Below, piece after piece: positions 24,643-32,000 of a stretch of 32,000 nucleotides of DNA. Source of the DNA: Candidatus Methanoperedens sp. (GTDB taxonomy: Archaea > Halobacteriota > Methanosarcinia > Methanosarcinales > Methanoperedenaceae); assembly GCA_027460535.1 (NCBI GenBank), contig JAPZAR010000018.1, positions 1 through 32,000 of the forward strand, written 5' to 3'. The notes beneath the pieces were generated by a model. It did not search any database. It was not told where the DNA came from and was given only the letters and a program-made list of their open reading frames with translations. Positions within the stretch are counted from its first letter, which is position 1; every line of letters begins with the position of its first letter. The translations under genes and the position numbers were made by a program.

Positions 24643-24849
24643 TTGGTTGGAGATCAGGAGAAAAGTGCTCCGGTAACGGCCGGGGAAACCTACGACGTAT
24701 CGATAGAGGCAATAGCAAAAGAAGGCGACGGGATCGCAAGAGTGGAAGGTTTTGTAATCTTTGTACCGCAGACGAAAGTCGGCGACAAAGTCAAGATCAA
24801 AGTCACCAAAGTAATGCGAAAATTCGCGTTTGGGGAAAAGGTAGAATAA
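24643..24849 (+). CDS. Stand-alone TRAM-domain protein (archaeal RNA-chaperone type)
   Basis: 68 aa. GETYDVSIEAIAKEGDGIARVEGFVIFVPQTKVGDKVKIKVTKVMRKFAFGEKV is the canonical small TRAM sequence. The start is TTG. Confidence 0.85.
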   Translation: MVGDQEKSAPVTAGETYDVSIEAIAKEGDGIARVEGFVIFVPQTKVGDKVKIKVTKVMRKFAFGEKVE

Positions 24850-24869
24850 AAAGATTCTATTACTTATAT

Positions 24870-24897
24870 CATTTTTAAATATTTTTATTATTTTTTA
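24870..24897 (+). terminator. Oligo-T terminator region after the TRAM gene
   Basis: T5 (24872-24876), T5 (24882-86) and T6 (24891-96) runs lie within 50 nt of the stop. The site is convergent with the pyrC 3' end. Confidence 0.4.
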
Positions 24898-24924
24898 AGC
24901 TGGCAAGGCACCACTTTGTCTCGT

Positions 24925-26265
24925 TCAATCTATTTCAGAATTGATTTTCATAACGAACCCCTGGCCGGTTATTAATCTGCCTCTCCCTCTTTTTGCAATG
25001 ATCTCACCCTCTTCGGAAACTATTTCCCCCCTTGAGAGGGTCATTCTCGGGAAGATACCCTCGGCATTCTTAAATGGAGTCCATCCTGCTTTGCTGTGCA
25101 ATTTTTCTCTGCGTATCTTCTGCGTCTCGCCCACTATCATAAGGTCCGCATCATAGCCCTCGGCAAGCACACCTTTTTTGAGACTGAATATCATTGCAGG
25201 TTTCTGGCTTGATACCTCTATCAATCGTTTCAAGGTCAGAAGGTTCCTTTTTACCGCCATAAGCATGAGAGGCATCATTGTCTCCACACCGGGCACACCG
25301 GCTGGAGCGCTCCAGATATCTGCCATTTTTTCATGTTCAAGATGCGGGGCATGATCCGAGGCAATAATATCAATAGTGCCGTCGTTCAGTCCTGCCCAGA
25401 GGCTTTGCTGTGACTGGTAATCGCGAAGCGGCGGGTTCATTTTTCCAAGCGTTCCCAGGCGCCTGTAATCCTTTGAGGAGAGGAATAGATGGTGCGGTGC
25501 CACTTCGCACGTTACGCTCTTTTTTTCGGCTTTTGCCTTTTTTATGGTCTCAAGACTTTCGCGCGCGCTGATATGGCAGAAATGGAGCTTTGCCTCTCCA
25601 GCGAGATCGATCGCTTTTTCAACCGCAATTTTTTCTGATAACTGAGGGCGTGATTTCGAGTAAGATTCTGGTTCAAGATTTCCCTTCAACGCCTTAAGGT
25701 ACTTTTGTCTTATGTCTTCATCTTCAGCATGGATGCATGCCACCGCGCCAAGGTCTTTAATTACGGAGAGTGCATCCTCCAATATCCCGTAATTTACATT
25801 CAGCGAGCCTGTGGATTCTGCCAGGAATATCTCCCCGAATGCAATAGCACCGAGTTCCCACAGGCTCTTGAGAGATTTCAGGTTCCTCGTCACGCCGGCG
25901 TTGATACCGTAATCGATTATGGATTTTTTCGCTTCTTTTTTCTTTTTCTTGAAAGAGTCCGTGTCTATTGTGGGGGGAATGGTATTGGGATGGTCGATAA
26001 CAGTCGTGACCCCGCCTGCCGCAGCAGCACATGAACCTGTGTACCAGTCCTCCTTCTTTGTCATCCCAGGATCGCGGAAGTGGACATGGGCATCAATGGC
26101 GCCCGGGAGGACGAGCGCGCCCTTTGCATCAATGATCGTGTTGACATCCTGTGTTCCTATTATTTTCCCGATCTTTGATATTCTGCCGTTGTCTATCGCT
26201 ATTTCTGCTGGCTGGATAGCCTCGCCAATGAAAATCCTTGCATTCCTGATTACGAGGTCGGGCAT
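24925..26265 (-). CDS. pyrC: Dihydroorotase
   Basis: 446-aa cyclic amidohydrolase with GAIDAHVHFRDPG, GGVTTVIDHPNT, HAEDE, FCHIS and ASDHAPH. The pyrimidine context (carB nearby) supports the call. Confidence 0.85.
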   Translation of the reverse strand: MPDLVIRNARIFIGEAIQPAEIAIDNGRISKIGKIIGTQDVNTIIDAKGALVLPGAIDAHVHFRDPGMTKKEDWYTGSCAAAAGGVTTVIDHPNTIPPTIDTDSFKKKKKEAKKSIIDYGINAGVTRNLKSLKSLWELGAIAFGEIFLAESTGSLNVNYGILEDALSVIKDLGAVACIHAEDEDIRQKYLKALKGNLEPESYSKSRPQLSEKIAVEKAIDLAGEAKLHFCHISARESLETIKKAKAEKKSVTCEVAPHHLFLSSKDYRRLGTLGKMNPPLRDYQSQQSLWAGLNDGTIDIIASDHAPHLEHEKMADIWSAPAGVPGVETMMPLMLMAVKRNLLTLKRLIEVSSQKPAMIFSLKKGVLAEGYDADLMIVGETQKIRREKLHSKAGWTPFKNAEGIFPRMTLSRGEIVSEEGEIIAKRGRGRLITGQGFVMKINSEID

Positions 26266-26733
26266 ATCTTGATACTTTATTATAAGTTGGTACTTAATTA
26301 TGTTTCAATTGTTTGCTTGAACCACTTTTAGCTATTCTTATTGAACTGCTATAAAGACTGGATACCCGGAACTTCGACAAACTAGCCCATAAAAAACATC
26401 GAAAAAACCTTTAAAACGCATTTTATGGAACATATCGGTGAAGAGGAAAAAGGCAACATCAAGTATTCGAAAGCTATAATTATACTAATTATTATATATA
26501 ATTATCTAACTATTATATAATAAATAAAATGAAGAGCTCTTCATGGAAAATTAGTACCCCCCCATTGAAATTTCCCCATCATCGAAGAAAATGGCAGCCG
26601 TAACGCCTGATGCATCATCCACATCATGAAAAAATTCATATACTTTAAGCAATCAATACTTTAGTGGGCAGGTTAAATATTTTTTTCGAAAATACCACCA
26701 CTATTTTCCTCATATCCTGCCCACCCATCCTAT

Positions 26734-29214
26734 TCATGAATCTTTTCCTGTGTCATCATTTACCGGGCAGTCAATATTCCAACCTTTTCCCTGCACGCCA
26801 AAACTTAATAATTTTTTGATCTCCAGCAAGCCCACAATAAATATCATGGCAAGAGCAACGAATATGAGCTGAATAAAGTCGATCGGAGAAAGATTAAATC
26901 TATCATTCAAAAATGGAATATAAATTCCAAGAACAAGGAAGGTAACTGCCGCCACCGCCCAGAGGTTTATTACCCTGTTGGTAAATATTCCCAGGGAGAA
27001 AATGGATTCTTTATCAGAACGAGAGATGTAAGCCAGAAAGATATGACCGAACATCCAGGCCGAAAAAGCAAAGGTTTGCGTTTCTCTGAGGCTTAAATTC
27101 TGGCTTCGTGCGTAAAGGTACACAGAAATGACCCCTATAAACAGGATAGCACCTTTGGTCAAAAGGTCTTTGACAGCCCTATTATTGAGTATGTCTTCTT
27201 TCGGGTCGCGGGGCGGCCTGGAATAGACATTTTTTTCTTTTGCCTCGGCGACGAAACCTGCAGAAGCCGCCAGATCCATAAATAATTCCAGGAGGATTAT
27301 TTGAATAGGGGCGAAAGGCATTGGCAGAGCCAAAAGAACAGGCACCAAGAAAATCAATATTAAAGCAACCTTCACAGAAAGATAATATTTAATACCTTTC
27401 TGAAGGTTATCAAAAAATTTGCGCCCTTCAAAAATACCCCGGCTAATGGTCAGATAGTTATCATCAGTCACCACCACTTCTGCAGCTTCTTTTGCAACAT
27501 CCGTTCCCCTGATTCCCATTGCTATACCTATGTCTGCACCCTTTAAAGCCAGTGCATCGTTAATTCCGTCCCCGGTTACCGCTACTACTTCGCCATTCTT
27601 CTGCAATGCTTTTACGATACGATATTTATGTTCCGGCGTTGTTCTCGCAAAAACAGAATACTCTTTTACGGCGTTCTGCAATCCCTCATCTGTAAGATTA
27701 TCCAGCTCTTCCCCTGTTAAAACTTTATTTTCTGAAGTCGAAATCCCAACCTCTTTTGCAATGAAAACAGCGGTCACAGGATGATCGCCGGTAACCATGA
27801 TTGTCCTGATGCCAGCCTTCATGGCCTCGGAAATAGCTTCCTTGACTCCCTTTCTCGGCGAATCTTCAAAACTTATCAATCCCACAAAATTCACTTCCTT
27901 CTCGATCATGGCAAAATCGAGGCTCTTTTCCTCGGAAGTCAATTTCTTATAGGCAATGGCTATCACTCGTCTTCCTTTTTCAGTTTCTCTGGCTACGGCA
28001 GCTCTTGCCTCCTCGTTTATTTCAACGCAACTTCTAAAAATTTCCTCCGGCGCACCACTTGAAAATAATTCATATTCCAGCCCATTTTTTCTGATGACTG
28101 CTTTTGTTTTCCTGCCGTTCCCAAGATTTCTTGACCGGATCACCTGCGTCATCTCGGTTTTTAAATTCAATTCCGCGGCTTTGTTTTTGATCTCCCGCTC
28201 TATAGGAGACAGGGAATATTCGGTTAATGAACCCAGGGCTTTTTCAAGAATTCCTTTCTCTTTATTTTCAGGATATAATGAAATGATCTTCATCTGGCTT
28301 TCGGTGATAGTACCCGTCTTGTCAGTAACGATCACTGTGGCGTTGCCTAAAGTTTCAGCTGCTTTGATCCTCTTAACTAAAAATCCATTTTTGGAAAGAG
28401 TGTAAGCTCCCAACCCTAAAACCATTGTAATAATGATAGGAAGTTCCTCCGGGATAGTGGCAAAGGAGAGAGACAGGCCGGTTAAGATCATCATTTTTAT
28501 ATCCTGCCCCTGCAAAATCCCTAAAACGGGAATAGCAATGGAAAAAAACAGGGCAACAACAACCAATTTGCCCGCTAATGACCTCATTGCCAGCTGAAGA
28601 GGTGTTTTGGGCGGTTTGATTTCTTTGGCGGCAGCGGCAATTTTGCCAAGACGTGTATCATTGCCCGTGGCAAGAACTCGAGCCAACCCTTCTCCAGATA
28701 GCACAATTGTACCTGCAAAAATTTCATCACCATTATTTTTGTCCTGGGGAAGAGATTCGCCTGTCAAAGCAGAATCATCAAGCTGCATGCCTATGGATTT
28801 TTCTATTTTTGCATCAGCAGAAACTTTGGTTCCCGAAGTCAAAACTAAAATATCATCCGGTACAACATATTGCGATTCAATATCATTGACCTCACCATCC
28901 CTCAACACTCTTGTTCTGGGAGCTGCTATCTTTTCCAAAGAAGCTATTGCTTTTTTTGCACGAAATTCATTGTAGACTTCGGCTAAAACTAATAAAATTA
29001 TAACTAAAAAGATGGTAATTGCATCTTCAAGTTTTCCCCAGACGCTGTAGAAAAAGCCCACGACCAGTAAAAGAAGGATCATAGGCTCTGTAACTTCATG
29101 TCTGGCGATCCCAAAAAAACTAACTTTGGTCGGTTTAAAGATCTGGTTAGGACCAAATTTTAAAAGTCTATCCTTAGCTTCGCCCGAACTCAACCCGTTA
29201 ATATCTTGGCTCAT
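26734..29214 (-). CDS. P2-type cation-transporting P-type ATPase (Ca2+/Mg2+-ATPase-like)
   Basis: 826-aa ORF with TGES (ALTGESLP), PEELP (M4), DKTGTIT, MVTGDHPVTA and TGDGINDALALKGADIGIAMG. The C-terminal half is hydrophobic. Confidence 0.93.
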   Translation of the reverse strand: MSQDINGLSSGEAKDRLLKFGPNQIFKPTKVSFFGIARHEVTEPMILLLLVVGFFYSVWGKLEDAITIFLVIILLVLAEVYNEFRAKKAIASLEKIAAPRTRVLRDGEVNDIESQYVVPDDILVLTSGTKVSADAKIEKSIGMQLDDSALTGESLPQDKNNGDEIFAGTIVLSGEGLARVLATGNDTRLGKIAAAAKEIKPPKTPLQLAMRSLAGKLVVVALFFSIAIPVLGILQGQDIKMMILTGLSLSFATIPEELPIIITMVLGLGAYTLSKNGFLVKRIKAAETLGNATVIVTDKTGTITESQMKIISLYPENKEKGILEKALGSLTEYSLSPIEREIKNKAAELNLKTEMTQVIRSRNLGNGRKTKAVIRKNGLEYELFSSGAPEEIFRSCVEINEEARAAVARETEKGRRVIAIAYKKLTSEEKSLDFAMIEKEVNFVGLISFEDSPRKGVKEAISEAMKAGIRTIMVTGDHPVTAVFIAKEVGISTSENKVLTGEELDNLTDEGLQNAVKEYSVFARTTPEHKYRIVKALQKNGEVVAVTGDGINDALALKGADIGIAMGIRGTDVAKEAAEVVVTDDNYLTISRGIFEGRKFFDNLQKGIKYYLSVKVALILIFLVPVLLALPMPFAPIQIILLELFMDLAASAGFVAEAKEKNVYSRPPRDPKEDILNNRAVKDLLTKGAILFIGVISVYLYARSQNLSLRETQTFAFSAWMFGHIFLAYISRSDKESIFSLGIFTNRVINLWAVAAVTFLVLGIYIPFLNDRFNLSPIDFIQLIFVALAMIFIVGLLEIKKLLSFGVQGKGWNIDCPVNDDTGKDS

Positions 29215-29216
29215 CG

Positions 29217-32000
29217 TCAGCGTCCCGCATGGTATTCACCCATTGATTTAATGGTGATATCGCCTTTCTTCATGGCCTCGATGGCATCAGCAGCAGCAAG
29301 CGCCGCCTGTATCGTCGTAATATAAGGCACGTTGAAATCAACCGCAGCCCGGCGGATCTGGAACCCATCTTTCACCGTCTCCTTGCTGGTGGGAGTATTT
29401 ATTATGAGATCCACTTTCTTCTTATGAATGAGGTCCACGATATTTGGCGTGCCCTCACTCACCTTGTTTATGACATCTATCTTTATTCCGTTCTTTGAGA
29501 GAAAATGCGCCGTGCCCCTTGTTCCTAACAGGTGCAAACCTGCATCCTGCATCTTCTTTGCCACTTTCATGATAAGCGGTTTATCATCATCGCGTATCGA
29601 CATGAACACGGTTCCCGCAAGTGGAAGGATGTTGCCCGCACCCCATTCTGCCTTGAAGAAAGCCCTGCCGAAATCATAATCAATACCCATCACTTCTCCT
29701 GTGCTTTTCATCTCGGGCCCGAGCACCGGGTCTGCACCGGGAAGCTTATCGAAAGGAAGCAATACTTCCTTAACAGATACATGCTTTGTGACGGGGTCGC
29801 TTTTATATCCCAGCTCAGCCAACGTGTGCCCGGCCATTACGCGGGCAGCGATCTTGGCAAGCGGAAGTCCCACGGCTTTACTCACGAAAGGAATCGTGCG
29901 GCTTGACCTGGGATTTGCCTCGAGCACGTAGACTACTCCGTTCTTCGTTGCCATCTGGATATTCACTATCCCGACCACCTGAAGGGCAAGAGCTATCTTT
30001 TTCACATAATCGCGAACAGTTGCGAGTATTTCAGGTTTCAGGGATTGCGGAGGAATTACGCACGCCGAATCCCCTGAATGTATCCCTGCTTCCTCTATAT
30101 GCTCCATTATTGCGCCGATGAGCACTTCTTTGCCGTCGCATATTGCATCCACGTCTATTTCCGTGGCGTTATCAAGAAAATCATCGATAAGCACCGGATG
30201 CTCATTCGATACCCTGACTGCCTCTTTCAGGTAGCGCTCAAGGTCGCGCTCATCATAGACTATCTCCATTGCGCGCCCCCCGAGCACGTATGACGGGCGC
30301 ACAAGCACAGGATACCCGATCCTTTTTGCTTCATTGATGGCTTCGCTGTAATTAGTGGCGCATCCTGCTTCAGGCTGAAGAATTCCAAGTTTTTTCATCA
30401 TGGCATTGAAGCGCCCCCTGTCCTCAGCAATATCCATATTATCCGGTGTCGTTCCAAGGATGACAGTATTCAGGTCAGTCCTGCGGTCAAGTTCTCTTTT
30501 TAGAGGTATTGCAAGATTCACCGAAGTCTGCCCTCCAAACTGAACCATCACGCCGTAAGGACGCTCCCTGTCTATCACGTTCATGACATCCTCAAGCGTC
30601 AGCGGTTCAAAGAAAAGCTTGTCTGACGTATCGTAGTCTGTCGAGACGGTTTCGGGATTGTTGTTAATTATATGTGTCTCAATACCTTCCTCCCGCAGCG
30701 CTGTCACCGCATGCACAGTGCAGTAGTCGAACTCTATTCCCTGCCCGATGCGGATGGGGCCTGAGCCGATGATAAGGACTTTCTTCTTATTGGAAGGAGT
30801 AGCCTCGCACTGATCTTCATAAGTTGAATAATAATATGGCGTAGCAGCAGCGAATTCTGCAGCGCAGGTATCCACCATCTTATAAGTGGGAATAATCCCG
30901 TTCTGCCTTCGAACATCGTTTATCTCTTCACGTGATCTTCCACATAAGAACGCTATTCTTTCATCGCTTAATCCCATTCTCTTTGCTTTCCGAAGATTAT
31001 CCATAGAGAGTTCGATCTTTATCGATTCCTCGATATCAATGATGTTCTCGATCTTCCGAATAAAGAAAGGATCAATATTAGTAATCCTGCAAATCTCATC
31101 TGATGGCATCCCGTTACGTAATGCCTGGTATATGACGAACAACCGCTCATGTGTAGGATGGCGCAGGATGTCAATTATTTCATCGCTGCTCCATTCCCTG
31201 AACCCGAAGAACATATCTACTTCCAGCGAGCGGACAGCTTTCTGCAGCGCCTCTTCTATCGTTCTCCCTATCGCCATCACCTCGCCCGTGCTCTTCATCG
31301 CCGTCGTGAGATGCTTGTCCGCTGTCACGAATTTATCGAAAGGCCAGCGCGGGATTTTGACAACCGTGTAGTCGATGGTGGGCTCAAAAGAGGCAGGCGT
31401 TTTTTTGGTGATGTCATTCATGATCTCATCAAGCGTCATGCCAATAGCGATCTTTGCCGTGACGCGCGCTATCGGATAGCCAGTGGCTTTGGATGCAAGG
31501 GCTGAGGAGCGCGAGACCCTTGGGTTGACCTCAACGATCCTGACCTCGTCTTCTCGCACGGCGAACTGGATATTGCATCCTCCTTCAATACCGAGTGCCC
31601 TTATTATTTTTATCGAAGTGCTGCGGAGCCTCTGGTGATCGACATCCGATAAAGTCTGCGAAGGTGTAACCACGATGGACTCGCCCGTATGTATGCCCAT
31701 TGGGTCGATGTTCTCCATGTTGCATATGACGATGCACGTATCGTTCTTGTCACGCATGACCTCGTACTCGAATTCTTTCCATCCGATGATGCTCTCTTCG
31801 ATGAGTACCTGGTGTATCCGGGAGCGTTCAAGTCCCCGCTCTGTTATCTCAACGAGCTGCTCACGCGTATATGCTATGCCGCCGCCTGCACCGCCCAGTG
31901 TATATGCCGGGCGTATGATAAGCGGGAGGCCAAGTTCCTCGATCAGCGCCTCGGCTTCATGAAGTGAATTCACGGCTTTTGAGCGCGGCACCTTTTCGCC
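29217..32000 (-). CDS. carB: Carbamoyl-phosphate synthase large subunit (partial; N-terminus lies beyond the window end)
   Basis: Both ATP-grasp halves are present ([78 protein letters not shown]), as is the MGS-like C-terminal domain. The frame is open to position 32000. Confidence 0.97.
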   Translation of the reverse strand, partial: GEKVPRSKAVNSLHEAEALIEELGLPLIIRPAYTLGGAGGGIAYTREQLVEITERGLERSRIHQVLIEESIIGWKEFEYEVMRDKNDTCIVICNMENIDPMGIHTGESIVVTPSQTLSDVDHQRLRSTSIKIIRALGIEGGCNIQFAVREDEVRIVEVNPRVSRSSALASKATGYPIARVTAKIAIGMTLDEIMNDITKKTPASFEPTIDYTVVKIPRWPFDKFVTADKHLTTAMKSTGEVMAIGRTIEEALQKAVRSLEVDMFFGFREWSSDEIIDILRHPTHERLFVIYQALRNGMPSDEICRITNIDPFFIRKIENIIDIEESIKIELSMDNLRKAKRMGLSDERIAFLCGRSREEINDVRRQNGIIPTYKMVDTCAAEFAAATPYYYSTYEDQCEATPSNKKKVLIIGSGPIRIGQGIEFDYCTVHAVTALREEGIETHIINNNPETVSTDYDTSDKLFFEPLTLEDVMNVIDRERPYGVMVQFGGQTSVNLAIPLKRELDRRTDLNTVILGTTPDNMDIAEDRGRFNAMMKKLGILQPEAGCATNYSEAINEAKRIGYPVLVRPSYVLGGRAMEIVYDERDLERYLKEAVRVSNEHPVLIDDFLDNATEIDVDAICDGKEVLIGAIMEHIEEAGIHSGDSACVIPPQSLKPEILATVRDYVKKIALALQVVGIVNIQMATKNGVVYVLEANPRSSRTIPFVSKAVGLPLAKIAARVMAGHTLAELGYKSDPVTKHVSVKEVLLPFDKLPGADPVLGPEMKSTGEVMGIDYDFGRAFFKAEWGAGNILPLAGTVFMSIRDDDKPLIMKVAKKMQDAGLHLLGTRGTAHFLSKNGIKIDVINKVSEGTPNIVDLIHKKKVDLIINTPTSKETVKDGFQIRRAAVDFNVPYITTIQAALAAADAIEAMKKGDITIKSMGEYHAGR

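Noticed and set aside
24633-24878. 81-aa plus-strand ORF overlapping the TRAM gene in another frame
   Set aside because: It gives an Arg/Gly/Ser-rich low-complexity translation, while the alternative frame gives a textbook TRAM domain.
814-31967. Numerous antisense or out-of-frame ORFs of 60-180 aa inside the large genes, for example 814-1215, 11686-12000, 16314-16847, 17167-17562, 19211-19627, 20366-20722, 22276-22773, 25919-26272, 27956-28405, 30886-31371 and 31149-31505
   Set aside because: Each is fully embedded in a longer ORF with strong family motifs on the other strand or frame. Their translations are low-complexity or Ser/Leu/Phe-rich, as expected for shadow ORFs.
1-32000. tRNA, rRNA or CRISPR arrays anywhere in the window
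   Set aside because: A scan by eye for T-loop (GGTTCRAAT) and cloverleaf-like segments, and for regularly spaced repeats of 24 bp or more, found none. A proper tRNAscan/CRISPR detection run would be needed to be certain.

Overview
This looks like an archaeal chromosomal segment. Evidence: GGAGG/GGTGA Shine-Dalgarno-like spacers, frequent TTG/GTG starts, oligo-T terminators, a TRAM mini-protein and an archaeal pilin-like HxGGD domain. A Methanosarcinales/ANME-like or Archaeoglobi-like euryarchaeon is plausible, but the taxon cannot be proven from the sequence. The window has two parts. (1) About 1-19.7 kb is a compositionally mosaic accessory island. It carries a secreted lipoprotein, a decayed solo cas1, a membrane/coiled-coil protein and four toxin-antitoxin modules, three of which have damaged toxin genes. 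It also carries a large UvrD-type helicase fused to a 4-Cys PD-(D/E)XK nuclease. A co-directional block then follows: hsdR, a fused hsdM-hsdS, and a genuine ravA-viaA (MoxR AAA+ / VWA) pair. A 60-130 bp interspersed repeat family is scattered through the island and brackets the gene cassettes. It combines a GGCGCC clamp, an AT-rich TATA-like core and GAACGCAGAT tandem motifs. (2) About 19.9-32 kb is housekeeping. It holds a five-gene sulfur/Fe-S module: a DsrE-like protein, a Zn-ribbon protein, IscS lacking the PLP lysine, an IscU fused to a CxxC-less thioredoxin-reductase-like flavoprotein, and a flavodoxin. After it come a membrane protein, a TRAM protein, pyrC, a P-type ATPase and partial carB. 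The best candidates for an undescribed system are the R-M-linked ravA-viaA pair, the self-contained Fe-S assembly module with a built-in electron-donor fusion, and the repeat family, which includes a candidate structured ncRNA. All functional calls come from motif recognition by eye; no database search was possible.
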